NCBI GenBank assembly: GCA_049965035.1
Contig: JBMFWS010000006.1
Coordinates: forward strand, 4,582 to 68,581
DNA length: 64,000 bases
Direction: 5' to 3'
Source of the DNA: Acidimicrobiales bacterium
Lineage (GTDB): Bacteria > Actinomycetota > Acidimicrobiia > Acidimicrobiales > RAAP-2
The stretch's first letter is position 1, and each line of letters begins with the position of its first letter. The position numbers and the translations under genes are program-made. Below, one piece after another: positions 35,352 through 44,972 of this stretch. The notes beneath the pieces were generated by a model that had not been told where the DNA came from, searched no databases, and saw nothing but the letters and a program-made list of their open reading frames with translations.

Positions 35352-36902
35352 TCAGTGCGAGGCCTCGAGCTGCTTCTCGCGCGCGACCTGCGACCCCACG
35401 TAGCCGGTGGCCTTCTCCAGCAGCCAGTAGACGAGCGCGGCGACGAGCACGCCACTCGGGATCGAGAAGTCGGCCCCGCCGTACCACCCGGCCGAGCACA
35501 CGCCGTGCGACAGGGCGCCGGCGCAGGCGCCACCGAAGTGGTTGGACACCGGGGTCATCCAGTGGAACGGGAAGTTGACCGGCGGTGGCGCCTTGGAGTA
35601 CGCGATCGTCGAGGCGACCAGCCCAATGACGAAGGCCACGATGGCGTTCCAGTTCACGCCACTGTGGCCGCCGTAGTAGAGACCGTCCGCGTCGGTGCGC
35701 TGGAGCTCGCGGGCGTGGTAGTGGAACCGGCGCAGGATCCAGTCCGTGATGTAGATGCCGAACCACGGGGCGATCCAGACGATGATCACGCCGACGAACT
35801 CCTTCATGTAGAGCGAGAACGTCGACTGGAACATGGCCCACAAGGTGAGCAGCCCGGCGATGACCGAGTCCAGGACCACGGCCTGGTAGCGCTTGAGGCG
35901 GATTCCCATGGCCTGGACCGACACGCCCGAGCTGTACAGGTCGAGGGAGTTGATCCCGAAGAGCTGCACGATGGCGAAGATCAGGAAGACCACGACGAAC
36001 CAGGTGGGCAGGGCGTGCCCACTGCTCAGCACCTGGAAGGGGTTGTCGCCGTTCCACATCCCCACCTGCGTCGTTGACGACAGGAAGGTGAAGGTCAGCG
36101 CGCCCAAGGTCATCAGGAAGATCTCGGGAACGGCCGTGCCGAGGAACACCCACCCCACGATCGAGCCCTTGCGCGCGTCGCGCGGCAGGTAGCGGGTGTA
36201 GTCGTTGCCGCACTCGGTCCAGCCCAGTCCCGACAGCGCGATGGTGAAGGCCAAGCCGGCCGTGTAGAGCTCCCAGCCGCCACCGAATCCCTTGAAGTGC
36301 ACCGTGCCGTGACGGGCGTCAAAGATGGCTAGCACGGCGTAGATGAGGACGAAGGGGACGATGAGGCGGCGCAGCACCTTGACGATGGTGGCGTGCCCGA
36401 GGTAGGGAAGCACGGCCTGGACGGCGGCTGCCAGGATGATCAGGAGGACCTTGACCGGGCTCGTGACGCTGTAGCCCGCCAGCTGCATGATCGTCATGAC
36501 GGCGCCGACGATCAGGATCAGGCCTTCGGTCTCGAATCCCAGCTGGGTGATCCAGTTGAAGAAGCTGAGGAGGCGAGATCCGCGCAGGCCGAAGGGCGCA
36601 CGACTGATGGTGAAGGCCGTCGTCCCCGCGTCGGGTCCCTGGAGTGAGGCCACGCCGAGCAGCAGGTAGGAGATGTTGCCCAGGACGATGAGGCTGAGCG
36701 CCGTCCAGAAGCTGAAGCCGAAGCCCATGAGCAGGGCGCCGTAGATGAAGTACTCGACGTTGACGGCCGAGCCAGCCCACATGGCACCGATGTTGCGGGC
36801 GGTGGCCCAGCGTTCGGACTCGGGGATGTGGTCGATTCCGTGGATCTCGATATGGAATGGCTCATCTTCGATGGAGCCGTCGTGTTGGTCGATGGACGAC
36901 AC
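35352..36902 (-). CDS. NCS1-family purine/cytosine permease
   Basis: IEIHGIDHIPESER, ISRAPFGLRGS, NDYTRYLP, NSLDLYSSG; about 12 TM segments; GGAGG RBS. Confidence 0.9.
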   Translation of the reverse strand: MSSIDQHDGSIEDEPFHIEIHGIDHIPESERWATARNIGAMWAGSAVNVEYFIYGALLMGFGFSFWTALSLIVLGNISYLLLGVASLQGPDAGTTAFTISRAPFGLRGSRLLSFFNWITQLGFETEGLILIVGAVMTIMQLAGYSVTSPVKVLLIILAAAVQAVLPYLGHATIVKVLRRLIVPFVLIYAVLAIFDARHGTVHFKGFGGGWELYTAGLAFTIALSGLGWTECGNDYTRYLPRDARKGSIVGWVFLGTAVPEIFLMTLGALTFTFLSSTTQVGMWNGDNPFQVLSSGHALPTWFVVVFLIFAIVQLFGINSLDLYSSGVSVQAMGIRLKRYQAVVLDSVIAGLLTLWAMFQSTFSLYMKEFVGVIIVWIAPWFGIYITDWILRRFHYHARELQRTDADGLYYGGHSGVNWNAIVAFVIGLVASTIAYSKAPPPVNFPFHWMTPVSNHFGGACAGALSHGVCSAGWYGGADFSIPSGVLVAALVYWLLEKATGYVGSQVAREKQLEASH

Positions 36903-37004
36903 TGCGTTTCCTCCCTAGTTGAGTTAGCACCCGGTCCGCCGAGTGAGGGGTCGGCCAGACCGCCCCAGTCTGCCTGACCGCAGCATCGGCGCGCGGCCGA
37001 TTTT

Positions 37005-37020
37005 GTGTCGGCCGTGTTAC
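37005..37020 (-). promoter_or_regulatory. Possible GlnR box upstream of the permease
   Basis: The minus strand reads GTAAC-N6-GACAC, against the GlnR consensus GTNAC-N6-GAAAC. Confidence 0.35.
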
Positions 37021-37127
37021 GGGGCGGCATTTACACAGCCTTTAGACAGGCCACAGAGCACGCTCACCCTCGGAGTCGATGATGACGGGGTCCTGGAGGA
37101 CGCGGCCGGGGCGGGAAGGAAGGACCG

Positions 37128-38075
37128 ATGCAGTCCAATCGCACTCGTGCCGTCACCTCGCTGGGAGTCACGACCGCGGTCGCACTGGGGACGCTGGCCA
37201 GTGGGGTCGGTGGGGCGGGGGCCAGTACGGGCCGGACCCCCGGGACACCGCCCGCCATCTCGCGTCCTCGCGCAGCCGGATCGACCGATCTCGGCGCCCT
37301 GGGCACGGTGGGGACCCTCACCGCCGTCTCGTCGACCTCGATCTCGATCACCGACCCGGCCGGCGCGACGATCACCTACGCGCTCACGTCGCGCACGGTA
37401 GTGCGCCGGGGCGGCGTCACCGTCGCCGGGGGCGCGCTCCAGGTGGGCATGACCGTGGCCGTGCTCGTGGCGACGGCCGACGCCGCGGCCGCCGTCACGG
37501 TGGTCGTGGTGCCCCCGACCGATCTCGGCGCCCTGGGCACGGTGGGGACCCTCACCGCCGTCTCGTCGACCTCGATCTCGATCACCGACCCGGCCGGCGC
37601 GACGATCACCTACGCGCTCACCCCAGCGACGCGCGTCCAGGTTGGACCGGTCCTCGTCAGCGCCGCCTCCCTGGTCGCCGGCCAGCTGGTGCGCGTGGAG
37701 ACCACACCCGCGACGCCCGCGGTGGTGTCGGCGATCCAGATGGAGCCCGCACACATGGAGGGCGTCGTCACCGCCGTGAACGGCGGGGTCATCACGCTCG
37801 GCGACCCCCAGGGCTTCGAGCGAAGCGTCCTGGTCAGCGCTGCGACGACGTACCGTGACGCGCGCGGTGTTGCCACCCTGGACAGCGTCCGCGTCGGGTC
37901 GACGATCGTGGCCACCGGAGTGGTCGGCGGCGATCGCACCTCGCTCGACGCCGTCGCGGTCGACGTGGGCAGCGTCGCGCGAAGCGTTCCCCGGCGCTGG
38001 CGGGGCGCATTCCCGTCTCCGGCGGGTTCGCGCGGGTGGGCCCGGCGCTCCGGGCACCCGCCGCGCAACTCCTAG
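37128..38075 (+). CDS. Secreted protein with three DUF5666-like beta-barrel repeats
   Basis: Signal peptide; repeats of the form GTLTAVSSTSISITD..G..TY..T..T.V...L.VG..V.V. Confidence 0.7.
   Translation: MQSNRTRAVTSLGVTTAVALGTLASGVGGAGASTGRTPGTPPAISRPRAAGSTDLGALGTVGTLTAVSSTSISITDPAGATITYALTSRTVVRRGGVTVAGGALQVGMTVAVLVATADAAAAVTVVVVPPTDLGALGTVGTLTAVSSTSISITDPAGATITYALTPATRVQVGPVLVSAASLVAGQLVRVETTPATPAVVSAIQMEPAHMEGVVTAVNGGVITLGDPQGFERSVLVSAATTYRDARGVATLDSVRVGSTIVATGVVGGDRTSLDAVAVDVGSVARSVPRRWRGAFPSPAGSRGWARRSGHPPRNS
37282..37621 (+). repeat. Exact 106-bp intragenic direct repeat (37282-37387 and 37516-37621; period 234 bp)
   Basis: The two copies are identical base by base from CGACCGATCTCGGCG to TACGCGCTCAC. 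Confidence 0.93.
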
Positions 38076-38165
38076 GTCGTCGGGCCCCGGGACGAACCTC
38101 CCCCTGCCCCGGGGCCCGACCAGTACCGGCGGGTCAGCCAGTCCTCCTCCGGCTGACCCGCCGTG

Positions 38166-39335
38166 TCACGTCGGGGACGACGTTCGCGGGGCCCGCACGT
38201 TCCCGGCCACGCCGCGCCACCAGATTGTCGCGGCGAGTGTGAGGACCATCGAGAGCACGGCCATCACCGTGAAGGGGAGCACCGGGTTGACCGAGAACAT
38301 CGCCCCCGAGGTCAGCGCGGCCAACGCCAGCGACGCGGTGTTGGCCGTGGCGTAGAGGCCCTGGCGACGACCGAACTCACGGTCCGATGATCGCTGGGTG
38401 AGCAGCGACGCGATCGACGGAGACGACAGGGACGAGCCGATGGCCTCCACCGAGCCGAGCCACAGCAGGGCGACATTGCTGTGGATGTGCGGGTACAGGC
38501 TGAGGAAGAACGCCACGTTGGTCAGCCCGACGAGGGCGATGACGCGCCGGTTGCGGTGGTCGGCCAGCCAACCGCCCAGACGGCTGAAGGCCACCCACGG
38601 GACGCTGAAGAGGGTGAAGCTCAGCCGGATCTGCAGGGTGGTGGCGTGGTGGGCGTGCATCAGCAGGGTCCAGCACGTCTCGTAGACGCCGACGGCGACC
38701 CCGACCGCGGAGGCGGCGAGCAGCGCTCCCACCACGTTGCGCGTCCACTGGAGCGGGGGGAGCGGACCACTGTCGGTGGGATCGCCGAGTGCCAGTCGTC
38801 GCGCCGGCACCGTCGCGATGAGGCACAGGATCCCGGTGGCGAAGTAGGCCCAACCCAGGGCGCGCACCGACACCGCCACGCCGGCCACGGGACCCACCGC
38901 GAGCCCGAAGAGCTGGGCGGCGAAGATCCGCGACACCGCCCGCCCGCGCTCGTGTTCGGGGTACAGCGCCGCGACGGCCGACAGCGAGGCAACCTCGATC
39001 GCGCCGGCGGCGGCGCCCTGCAGCATCCGCGTCAGGATGAAGACCGGCGCACTGACCGGGAGCAGGTACGTCATGGACGCCACGGCGTAGACGAGCAGGC
39101 TGGTCAGCAGGATTGTCCGGCGACCGAAGCGATCCACCAGGTGGCCCAGCGCGAACTGCGTCGCGACGCCAGCGAGGAAGAACGCCGACATGATGATCCC
39201 AATCACCGAGGGTGTCCCGCCGCGGTGCTCGAGGAAGAGGGGCAGCAGGGGCAGTCCGAGTGATGCGCCGAGCCACTGCAGGCCGACGATGACCATGAGT
39301 TGCTGGAGCGTTCGGCGACGATCGACGGCGACCAT
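38166..39335 (-). CDS. MFS transporter (DHA1-like)
   Basis: GHLVDRFGRR, RMLQGAAAG and GGWLADHRNRR; about 12 TM segments. Confidence 0.88.
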   Translation of the reverse strand: MVAVDRRRTLQQLMVIVGLQWLGASLGLPLLPLFLEHRGGTPSVIGIIMSAFFLAGVATQFALGHLVDRFGRRTILLTSLLVYAVASMTYLLPVSAPVFILTRMLQGAAAGAIEVASLSAVAALYPEHERGRAVSRIFAAQLFGLAVGPVAGVAVSVRALGWAYFATGILCLIATVPARRLALGDPTDSGPLPPLQWTRNVVGALLAASAVGVAVGVYETCWTLLMHAHHATTLQIRLSFTLFSVPWVAFSRLGGWLADHRNRRVIALVGLTNVAFFLSLYPHIHSNVALLWLGSVEAIGSSLSSPSIASLLTQRSSDREFGRRQGLYATANTASLALAALTSGAMFSVNPVLPFTVMAVLSMVLTLAATIWWRGVAGNVRAPRTSSPT

Positions 39336-39606
39336 GGGAAGACCCTAGTGGTGCGACAGGTCCTGACCAGGAGGGATGTGGGCACGCCGCGCATTCACGG
39401 CGGCCACGAGCGCCGCGGTGACGGCCCCGTGCTGGCGTCTGGGCGACCCGCGGCGGCGGGGTCCGTCGCCCGATGTGGCGCGGCGTCTCGATGGCGTCGC
39501 GCACGCCGCGAACTCTCGAGCACCCGTCAGGCCGTGGCGGTCGGTCAGGGGCCCCGTCGGCCCAGCCCGATCGGGGGTGGCGGGTAAGGTGGTGCCGGAG
39601 GCAGCC

Positions 39607-40575
39607 ATGGTTCGACACGTCGCGCCCCCGACGCCTCAACAGCTGGAGAGCGCGCGGGAGCTCATCGCACGGTACCTCCGCCCCACGCCGACGGTGTACG
39701 CCACGGTGCGCGGGCGCGAGATCCGTCTGAAGCTCGAAGGGCTCCAGGTGACGGGCTCCTTCAAGGTGCGCGGCGCGCTCAGCGCGGTCTCGGCGGCTTA
39801 CCGCGACGATCCGTCCGGCGCGGTCGTGACCTCGTCGGCCGGCAACCACGGCCTCGGCGTGGCCTACGCGGCCACGATGCTCGGCGTTCCGGCCACCGTC
39901 GTGGTGCCCGCCAACGCCTCGGCGGCCAAGGTGCAGAAGCTGCGGCAGTTCGACGTCGAGCTCGTCCAGGTGGGCTCGAGCTACGACGACGCCCAGGCGT
40001 ACGCCATGGAGATGGCCGAGCGCCACAGCATCCGGTACATCTCGCCCTTCAACGACACCGACGTCATCGCTGGTCAGGCCACCGTCTTCTTGGAGATGAT
40101 CGACCAGGCGCCCGAACTCGAGCACCTGGTCGTGCCGGTCGGCGGGGGAGGGCTGATGGCCGGGACCATCCTGGCCCGTGACCTGGTCGGGCGCCAAGAT
40201 GTGCGCCTCACCGGCGTGCAGCCCGAGGAGAGCGCCGCGCTCTACCACGTGCTTCGCGGCACCCCCATGGACGAGGTCGTCCACCACCCCACGATCGCCG
40301 ACGGGCTGGCCGGGGGCGGGGATGAGGGCGCGATCACCAACGAGCTGGTGGAGCGCTACGGCATCCCGTTGGTCCTCGTGCCCGAGGTGGGGATCCGCCA
40401 CGGCGTGCGCGAAGCCGCGGAAGCGCTGGGCCTGGTGCTGGAGGGATCCGCGACCACCGCCCTGGCCGCCATCACCTCCAACGTCGTGGCCGACGAGGAT
40501 TCGCGCATCGGGATGCTGGCGACGGGCCGCAACATCGCTCGCGACCTGCTCATCGAGCTGCTCGGCACGATGTGA
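39607..40575 (+). CDS. PLP-dependent threonine/serine dehydratase-family protein (no regulatory domain)
   Basis: LKLEGLQVTGSFKVRGA, SSAGNHG, VPVGGGGL, TIADGL, TGRN. Confidence 0.9.
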   Translation: MVRHVAPPTPQQLESARELIARYLRPTPTVYATVRGREIRLKLEGLQVTGSFKVRGALSAVSAAYRDDPSGAVVTSSAGNHGLGVAYAATMLGVPATVVVPANASAAKVQKLRQFDVELVQVGSSYDDAQAYAMEMAERHSIRYISPFNDTDVIAGQATVFLEMIDQAPELEHLVVPVGGGGLMAGTILARDLVGRQDVRLTGVQPEESAALYHVLRGTPMDEVVHHPTIADGLAGGGDEGAITNELVERYGIPLVLVPEVGIRHGVREAAEALGLVLEGSATTALAAITSNVVADEDSRIGMLATGRNIARDLLIELLGTM

Positions 40576-40607
40576 GCCCGGCGAACGCCTCACGGTAGGG
40601 TGACGCC

Positions 40608-41417
40608 ATGGCCCGAACTCAGCGCATCGGTGCGGCCGTTCTGGCCGTGGTGTCCCTGGGTCTCACGGTGACCGGAGTCGTGCTGGCGGCCACCGACAGC
40701 CACCCCAACCCGGGTGCGCGGGCCGTGGACCCCCTGGCCCTCAACGGCTACCCGCCGAGCACGGCGACGCTCGCCATCAGCGTGGACGCGGGCGCCACGA
40801 CGCTGTCGGGCACCATCGGCATCGACTTTCGCCACGACGCCGCCCAGGCGTCGCTGAACCTGCCGCTCGGGGTGACCGCGATCGCCGCGCAGCTGATTCT
40901 GACGCCCCACCACCTCTACATCGGCTCGAGCAACCTGTCGGGCATCGTGGGTCAGCCCTGGCTGGCCGAGTCGGTGCACACCCCCTCCCTGTACGACTGG
41001 TCCCTGGAGGCCACGCACCCGGACGTCACGATGATCCAGGGCTACCAGAGCCGCACCGTCACCCACGCGGCGGGCGTGACGACGTACCACTTCACCTACC
41101 TCGGGGTCCATCTGGCGGTGCCGGGCCTGCTGCGCTCCGTGGTGCCCTCGGCGGGCCGCGTCGACGTCTCGGTGTCGGTGGGCAGCCAGAACGAGTTCAC
41201 CGGGGCGACCGTGGTCGCCTCGTCGTCGACGGCGACCGCGTCGCTCACCGCGACGGTCCTTGGCTACAACCAGCCCTTGCACATCGCCGGTCCGCCTCGG
41301 AGCCAGGTCCGGCCACTGACGCCGGGGGTGGCCCGCCGGATCCTGCGCGGTCTGTCGGGGATATCCCAGCTCCTCGGGCCCGGGGCCCTCGGGGGCGGCG
41401 GGGCGACGGCGAGCTGA
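40608..41417 (+). CDS. Secreted or membrane-anchored hypothetical protein (possibly LppX/LolA-like beta fold)
   Basis: An N-terminal hydrophobic helix and a beta-rich body ending in GYNQPLHIAGPP. Confidence 0.6.
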   Translation: MARTQRIGAAVLAVVSLGLTVTGVVLAATDSHPNPGARAVDPLALNGYPPSTATLAISVDAGATTLSGTIGIDFRHDAAQASLNLPLGVTAIAAQLILTPHHLYIGSSNLSGIVGQPWLAESVHTPSLYDWSLEATHPDVTMIQGYQSRTVTHAAGVTTYHFTYLGVHLAVPGLLRSVVPSAGRVDVSVSVGSQNEFTGATVVASSSTATASLTATVLGYNQPLHIAGPPRSQVRPLTPGVARRILRGLSGISQLLGPGALGGGGATAS

Positions 41418-41429
41418 GCCTCGGGTCCC

Positions 41430-42812
41430 TCAGGACAGCAGGCGATCGACGACGGAGCCAGCTCGGCTGGACCGCCCGCGCCGCTCCTGGCGGTCGGCCC
41501 AGGTCGCGGCCGCCAGGCCGGTGTTGATCCCCAGCCAGCGCCACGGCTCGGGCTCCCAGCGACGTCGCGGGAGGTCGACGAAGGGCAGGTCGGTGAACTC
41601 GGTGGACTGGTCGGGAGCCGTGATGGCATCCGCCAGCGCCTGGGCGGCCACGCGGCTGAGGACGACGCCGTCGCCGGTGTAGCCCCCCGCCAGCGCCAGA
41701 CCCGTGCGTCGGTCGTAGGCCACGCGAGGGGACAGGTCGCGGGGCATGCCGAGCGGGCCGCCCCAGCGGTGGGTGATTGCTCCCTTAAAGGAGGGCAGCA
41801 GTTCGCGCAGCGCCGCCTCGAGCAGGCCGAACACCTTGTCGACGTGGTCGAAGCGCGGCTCGATCACCGAGCCGAAGTGGTAGGGCGCACCCCGTCCTCC
41901 GAAGGCGATGCGATCGTCGGCCGTCCGTTGGCCGTAGATCAGGAGGTTGCGGCCGTCATTGAAGGTCTCGCGGTCGTCGAAGCCGACCTCCTCCCAGAAC
42001 GCGGGAGCCAGGGGCTCGGTCGCGATCATGAGCGAGTAGATGGGCGCCAGGTCGCGGCGCAGGCCCGGCAGGCTCGCGCTGTAGCCCTCGGTGGCGCGCA
42101 CGACGACCGCGGCGTGGACCGTTGCGGCCACCGTCACGACCATGGCCGGGCCGCGGCCGGAGCGCGCCAGGATCCGGGTGACGGCCGTCCCCTCGTAGAT
42201 GCGCGCGCCGAGCGACTCGACGACCGCGGCCAGCCCGCGAACCAGGAGTGCCGGCTGGACCCGGGCGCAGTGTCGGGTGTAGAGGGCGCCGCGGGCGCCG
42301 GCGATCCGCGCCCGCGCGGCGGCCTCGTCGTGCTCGAGCCACACGACGTCATCGGGTCCGGCTCCCCAGCCGCCCGCCTCGTCGGCCTCCGCGCGCAGGC
42401 GCTCCTCCTGGGACGGGTTGCGCGCGAAGGTGAGGGTGCCCCCCTGGTGGTAGTGCGCGTCGATGCCGTCAGCACGCAGCGCCGCCCCCAGGTCGCCAAC
42501 GGCGCGGCGCAGGACAGCCCCCACCCGGGCGCCGTCACCGGGGCGTCGTCGCTCGAGCGCGGCCAGGCTCTGGGGATACAGGGCCGAAGCCCAGCCGCCA
42601 TTGCGACCCGATGCGCCAAAGCCGCAGATCTCGCGCTCGAGGACCGCGACGCGCAGCGTGGGGTCGCGGCGCAGAAGCTCGCGAGCAGTCCACAGGCCCG
42701 TGAAGCCACCGCCGACGATCGCCACGTCGACGTCCACGTGGCCGGCCAGCGGTGGCCGGCGCGTCGAGGTGGGCTCGAGCGCCGACCACCACAGGGAGTC
42801 GGGCCGGGACAT
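41430..42812 (-). CDS. FAD-dependent oxidoreductase (PuuB/OrdL-like amine oxidase family)
   Basis: DVAIVGGGFTGLWTA, GFGASGRNGG, RATEGYS, HRWGGPLG, GGYTGDGV. Confidence 0.88.
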   Translation of the reverse strand: MSRPDSLWWSALEPTSTRRPPLAGHVDVDVAIVGGGFTGLWTARELLRRDPTLRVAVLEREICGFGASGRNGGWASALYPQSLAALERRRPGDGARVGAVLRRAVGDLGAALRADGIDAHYHQGGTLTFARNPSQEERLRAEADEAGGWGAGPDDVVWLEHDEAAARARIAGARGALYTRHCARVQPALLVRGLAAVVESLGARIYEGTAVTRILARSGRGPAMVVTVAATVHAAVVVRATEGYSASLPGLRRDLAPIYSLMIATEPLAPAFWEEVGFDDRETFNDGRNLLIYGQRTADDRIAFGGRGAPYHFGSVIEPRFDHVDKVFGLLEAALRELLPSFKGAITHRWGGPLGMPRDLSPRVAYDRRTGLALAGGYTGDGVVLSRVAAQALADAITAPDQSTEFTDLPFVDLPRRRWEPEPWRWLGINTGLAAATWADRQERRGRSSRAGSVVDRLLS

Positions 42813-44233
42813 CAGAACGAGCGGCTGGCGGCTCCGGTGAACACCTCGTGGAGGATGCCGACCATCAGGTCGATGTCGTCACGCGTCGAGATGAGCGGCG
42901 GGGCCAGCTGGACCACGGGATCGCCACGGTCGTCGGAGCGGCAGATCAGCCCGCGACGGAACATCTCGGGTGACACGTAGCCGCGCAGCAGCCGCTCGGC
43001 CTCGTCGCCGGACCAGCTGCCCTTGGTCGCCTGGTCCTTGACCAGCTCGATCCCCCAGAAATACCCGGTTCCGCGCACGTCGCCGACAATCGGGATGTCC
43101 CGCAGGGAGTTGAGCCGTTCCTCGAAGTAGTCCTGGTTCGCGCGCACGTTGTCGATGACGTGCTCGTTCTCGAGGATCTCGATGGACTTGAGCGCGATGG
43201 CGCATGAGACCGGGTGACCCGCCCACGTGAAGCCGTGCGGGAACGTCGTGTCCTCGTGCTGGAAGGGTTCGGCGATGCGGTCGGACACGATCATCGCGCC
43301 CAGTGGCGCGTAGCCGGCCGTGATGCCCTTGGCCACGGTGATGATGTCGGGGACGTAGTCGTACTTGATCCCGCCGAACCACTCGCCGATGCGCCCGAAG
43401 CCGCAGATCACCTCGTCGGACACGAGGAGCACGCCGTAGCGGTCGCAGATCTCCCGTACGCGCTGCCAGTATCCCGGAGGCGGAACGAAGCACCCGCCGG
43501 CATTCTGGACGGGCTCGAGGAACACCGCCGCGACGGTCTCGGGGCCTTCGCGCAGGATCGCCTCCTCGATCTGGTCGGCCGCCCAGGCGCCGTAGGCCTC
43601 GTAGTCGTCGCCGTGGACCGGCGCCCGGTAGAAGTTCGTTGCGGGCACCTTGATGGCACCGGGCACCAGCGGCTCGAAGGGCTTGCGGTAGCTCTCGAGG
43701 GACGTGATCGTCAGGGCGCCCATGGTCGTCCCGTGGTAGGCCACGTCCCGGCTGATGACCTTGTAGCGGTCCTGCTCACCGTGGAGGCGGTGGTACTGGC
43801 GGGCCAGCTTCCACGCGCTCTCGACGGCTTCGCCGCCGCCGGTGGTGAAGAAGACGCGGTTGAGGTCGCCGGGCGTCAGGCTGGCGATCTTCTCGGCCAG
43901 CTCGATCGCCTTGGGGTGGGCGTAGGTCCACAGGGGGAAGAACGCCATCGTGCGAATCTGTTCGGCGGCGGCCTCGGCGATGTCCGCGCGTCCGTGACCC
44001 AGGGCGTTGGTGAACAGGCCGGACAGCCCGTCGAAGTACTCGGTCCCGTTGGCGTCGTAGACGCGCGTCCCCTCGCCGCGCACCATGATCGGGATCTCCT
44101 CGGAGCTCGAGTAGGCCCCCATCCGCGACATCTGGAGCCAGAGGTTGCGGCGGGCCCGTTCCGAGAGCGAGTGGCTCGGGCGTTTGGGATTATCGACGGC
44201 CATACCGTCGGAGATGATTTCGTGCAATGTCAT
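42812..44233 (-). CDS. Class III aminotransferase (putrescine/omega-amine:pyruvate type)
   Basis: DGLSGLF, FFTTGGGEAVESAWKLARQY, AYHGTT, EPVQNAGG, SDEVICGFGR, VAKGITAGYAPLG. Confidence 0.9.
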   Translation of the reverse strand: MTLHEIISDGMAVDNPKRPSHSLSERARRNLWLQMSRMGAYSSSEEIPIMVRGEGTRVYDANGTEYFDGLSGLFTNALGHGRADIAEAAAEQIRTMAFFPLWTYAHPKAIELAEKIASLTPGDLNRVFFTTGGGEAVESAWKLARQYHRLHGEQDRYKVISRDVAYHGTTMGALTITSLESYRKPFEPLVPGAIKVPATNFYRAPVHGDDYEAYGAWAADQIEEAILREGPETVAAVFLEPVQNAGGCFVPPPGYWQRVREICDRYGVLLVSDEVICGFGRIGEWFGGIKYDYVPDIITVAKGITAGYAPLGAMIVSDRIAEPFQHEDTTFPHGFTWAGHPVSCAIALKSIEILENEHVIDNVRANQDYFEERLNSLRDIPIVGDVRGTGYFWGIELVKDQATKGSWSGDEAERLLRGYVSPEMFRRGLICRSDDRGDPVVQLAPPLISTRDDIDLMVGILHEVFTGAASRSF

Positions 44234-44775
44234 TTGGTCCCCCAGTTGTAGGTCTGTTTGGAGAGCTTGAGATAGACGAACGTCTCGACTTCGGTGACCC
44301 CGGGAATGCTCCGGATCGAGTCGTTCAAGAGATGGAGCAAGGCATCGTCGTCGACGGCGATGACCTCGGCGATCAGGTCGAAGCTGCCCGCGGTCATGAC
44401 GACGTAGTTCGCCTCGTTGATGGCGGCCACCTTCTCGGCCACCTGGCGAACGTCGCCGTGGACGCGGATCCCGACCAGCGCCTCGCGGCCGAAGCCCAGC
44501 TGCAGGGGGTCGGTGATGGCCACGATCTGCATGACGCCCAGGTCGCGCAGGCGCTGAACGCGTCGCCGCACGCCGGCCTCGGAGAGGCCGACGTCGGCGG
44601 CGATGGCCCCGTAGGGGCGCCGCCCGTCCTGCTGGAGAAGGCTGATGATCTCGCGGTCGATGGTGTCGAGGGCCGCGGCGCCGGTCACCGACTCCAGTGC
44701 TGACGGCGAGGCGCTCGCCGTCACCGAGGTGCGTCCGCGCTTGGTTCGGCTGATTTTCGGAGACGTGGCTGGCAT
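44230..44775 (-). CDS. Lrp/AsnC-family regulator
   Basis: LDTIDREIISLLQQDGRRPYGAIAADVGLSEAGVRRRVQRL, TAGSFDLIAE. Confidence 0.93.
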   Translation of the reverse strand: MPATSPKISRTKRGRTSVTASASPSALESVTGAAALDTIDREIISLLQQDGRRPYGAIAADVGLSEAGVRRRVQRLRDLGVMQIVAITDPLQLGFGREALVGIRVHGDVRQVAEKVAAINEANYVVMTAGSFDLIAEVIAVDDDALLHLLNDSIRSIPGVTEVETFVYLKLSKQTYNWGTK

Positions 44776-44847
44776 CGAACACTCCCGGCTCTGGATCTGG
44801 AGACCAGGTCCTCGGCTGCGGATATCGACAGTATAGCGGGTTCTCAT

Positions 44848-44860
44848 GACGGAATGCGTC
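44848..44860. promoter_or_regulatory. Palindrome GACG-N5-CGTC; candidate Lrp/AsnC site
   Basis: GACGGAATGCGTC in the divergent promoter between the Lrp gene and the aldehyde dehydrogenase. Confidence 0.35.
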
Positions 44861-44972
44861 GGAAAGTTACTGAGTAGTGACTTATTTCATCCTCAACGGT
44901 TTGCGCGCGCCCGCGCAATCTGGCAGAGTTGCGGTGAGTCAGAACGAGCTGGCGCGAAGTCAAGGGGTGGGT

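Noticed and set aside
37282-37621. CRISPR array or mobile-element ends
   Set aside because: There are only two 106-bp copies, in frame within a CDS, with no spacers, cas genes or transposase.
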